A DNA stretch of 63,999 nucleotides, filler included, from Rhabdomonas costata (Eukaryota), in assembly GCA_019059605.1 (NCBI GenBank). It is 21 parts of 21 records of this genome, joined end to end, with 100 filler letters (N's around TTAATTAATTAA, not from the genome) between each part and the next. Parts side by side here need not be neighbours in the genome. Positions count along the whole stretch, not along the records: positions 61,053 to 63,999 come from JAHMHO010001677.1; 20 more parts are not named here. The stretch is one strand, 5' to 3'. A model generated the notes under the pieces. It saw only the letters and a list, made by a program, of their open reading frames with translations. It had not been told where the DNA came from and did no database searches. The position numbers and the translations under genes were made by a program. This document shows, piece by piece, positions 61,705 through 63,999 of this stretch (within the stretch, counting starts at the first letter, position 1; every line of letters begins with the position of its first letter).

Positions 61705-62574
61705 GAGGCGGGACCACTAATCAGCCGCAGCGTGAACTCAACGAAGTGAGCGGGTGTGGGTAAAAGAGGCAGAGGAAGACGGCGTTAAACCCGAACCAGT
61801 GCCACGACCGCGAACCTCACCCGCACACGCCTGTAACCCTCCTGGCTCTGGCTAGGAGGGATAAAGCACGCCTGCGCATCATTCCTCCAAGCCTCCCTCT
61901 GTTGGTCGGTCCACCGGCTACCTGCTTTGTAGAAATACCAAACCTGCAGGATGAAAACGCAGCAATTTCACAAGAAACGTTGTTCGGTTTTTTTTTTTTT
62001 GCTAAAGTTGTAACACCGTGTTTCAACCACCCCAGCAAGACAGCCCCGCAAGGGCGGGGAGAAACCCGTGAACGGGGAGCCCACACAGTCTCCACAGCAC
62101 GCCGCAGCAGCCTGGGCAAACAACCAAGAGGGACTCCTCAGCGAAGCAAGGCCAGACAAATCCTTTGCACCACTTGCGACGGTACCGTCGCTCTGCAGCA
62201 GTGACGTGATGTTTCGCTTTGGTGGGCAGATGTCCGTATGTCCTCTGCCTTTTTTTTTCCTGTTGGATCACCTCGGCAGTGTCCTTTTAAAGCTTTTTTC
62301 CTTGTCTGTGCCACTTTCTTTTTCACGAGAACTCGTCGTCGGCACCTTGGTTCTCACAGATGGGTAGTGGACACAAGCTGCACTCCTCTTTCTTTGGGCG
62401 GGCTGGGTCTCTTTGACCCCCCCCCCATCGTAGGGGCCCTATGGCTTTTCTCTCGGGAGCTCTCTGCTTCGCCTCCGAGGGACGGCACTCTCACCTTTCC
62501 GTGTGGGTTTTCGGATGCCCTCTATCTTGTTCAAGCACATTGGCGACTCCCCGGAGACTCCTTCAAACTCGTTC

Positions 62575-63205
62575 AAAAAAACACCCGGCTCTCTGCACAA
62601 TGTAACGCAAAGTTGCCCCACAGGAGAGGAGCACTTGCTGACTCAGTGCATCTCCCAATGTCAGAGAGTTGGAGAGTCCTGCCAACAAAACCGTCCTTTC
62701 TTCCAGAAACCAAGAAACAAAAGGCACTCAACTGACAGCCTGGTGGAAAAGTGTGGCAGTGGACAACGTGCAAGGTAAGCTAGGGTCAAAAGAAAGGGCA
62801 AGACCCCTGAAAGAACGGAAAAAGGGGCAACCGAAAAAAACCGGGGAAATGCAGAAGAATACAGACACAGTCACAACGTCTCGCAGCTTGCTCATTATTA
62901 TTGAGGCGAAATGCAGAAGAGCTGGCAAAACGGCCGGGAAAGTACATATTGTTTACGTTGAGGTTGCCTTCCGAGCCGCCCTTTGGAAAAAAAAACACGG
63001 GGCTCTCCGCACATTGTAACGCAAAGTTGCCCCACAGAAAAGGAGCACTTGCTGACTCTGTGCGAAACCAAACGACGAATAGAGTTGGAGAGTTGCTCCT
63101 GCACAACCGTTTTTTCTTCCTCACCGGAACAAACTGCACCAAAAAGACAGCCTGGAAAGTATGGCAGTGGACATCGTGCAGAACGTAAGCAAGGGTCAAA
63201 AGAGA
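62575..63205 (+). repeat. Diverged direct duplication (about 215-bp units near 62575 and 62990)
   Basis: Shared TGTAACGCAAAGTTGCCCCACAG, AGGAGCACTTGCTGACTC, AGAGTTGGAGAGT, TGGCAGTGGACA and GTAAGC.AGGGTCAAAAGA. A partial third copy lies near 63247. Confidence 0.9.
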
Positions 63206-63348
63206 GCTACACGGGAGGCGAGGTCAATGTTCGCTGTGCAAAAGTAAAAGTATGGCAGTGGACATGGTGCACAAGGAAAATTAGATTGGAACGAAGAAGG
63301 CGTGGAAAAGGCGCCCGAGGGAACAAGTTATGGGGCGAGGGAAATGAG

Positions 63349-63965
63349 GAACGAGGACATGAAAAAAGTTACAAAACACCAAACAAAACATGTCCCTGCC
63401 TGATCGAAGGCACGAAGCGTCAAAGCCAAACCAGGCCAAACACTTCCTGCTGCTCCATCGGTGCTTTTTTTGCTCCACCCGTGCTGTCCCCGAATCAAGA
63501 GGTCTACCTATAAACTGAAAAGCTCTCTCTAAATCTGACCAGATGCTGAATGAACACGGAAAGTCTGGAAAACCAACCCAATGAGATGGCTAGAAATTCA
63601 TCACCTTAACAAGGAGGAAAATTGCCAGCAAAACAATGCCAGATGCCATAGAGCAAAAAAATAAAAATTTGGTGGGTACCTTGTATGCTTTTAAGTTCAC
63701 GTGCGACTAGGCTTCTGGGGAACTTGCTGCAAAGCCAGCAAATGTCACTCGACAAAAGCGGTTGGTGTGAAAAGGCGCCAGTATACTTGGCCTCGTCGCC
63801 GAAAAGCCGACAAAGCGTTTTTGGAACACATTTGAGCAAAAGCTGGGCCCTCGCCAACAGATGCTTGGAGTTCAAGGATCAGCGTGTCTCTGTGAGCAGG
63901 CAGCTTCGATCCGGCAGGGACATGTTTTGTTTGGTGTTTTGAAACTTTTTTTCATGTCCTCGTTC
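63349..63965. mobile_element. MITE-like element with about 61-bp terminal inverted repeats
   Basis: 63349-63409 and 63904-63965 are reverse complements with 2 substitutions and 1 indel. No TSD recognised. Confidence 0.65.
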
Positions 63966-63999
63966 AAAGTCCTTCAATGAAAACTCGCCAACGCTCGCC

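Noticed and set aside
1-63999. SL RNA gene, snRNA/rRNA genes, telomeric repeats, CRISPR arrays, prokaryotic operons
   Set aside because: None recognisable by eye; an Infernal/Rfam scan would be needed to exclude divergent small RNAs.

Overview
This window is not one locus. It is 21 unrelated contigs of about 2.95 kb, joined by 20 identical 100-nt artificial spacers (N44-TTAATTAATTAA-N44). The contigs are intron-rich nuclear DNA of a eukaryote, most likely a protist. A euglenozoan (euglenid-like) origin is inferred from GTGYG-type donors, pyrimidine-tract/AG sites just upstream of start codons, co-directional gene pairs and CRE-like retroelement relics, but it is not proven. G/T-rich 5' ends, C/A-rich 3' ends and terminal fold-backs point to whole-genome amplification. 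Almost all ORFs in the supplied track are spurious, so genes were modelled by hand as spliced exons. Recognisable products: AP-3 sigma, an ARID protein, PABP, a HisKA kinase, an EF-hand protein, an hnRNP-Q-acidic-domain protein, a telobox Myb protein, SERF, GARS/PurD, Erv/ALR, MIF, SPRY, SPX-VTC, an acetyl/propionyl-CoA synthetase, an SDR, ankyrin repeats, a PARP-like domain and a membrane sensor. The best leads are: (i) a PurD with an apparent C-terminal tail anchor; (ii) a compositionally foreign unit with sub-terminal-like repeats, a tRNA-Gly-derived Pol III promoter and a short-intron CCCH-finger gene; (iii) strictly co-directional gene pairs with trans-splice-like acceptors; (iv) a repeat shared by introns of two unrelated genes; (v) several MITE-like elements. 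No CRISPR array, rRNA or intact tRNA was seen.
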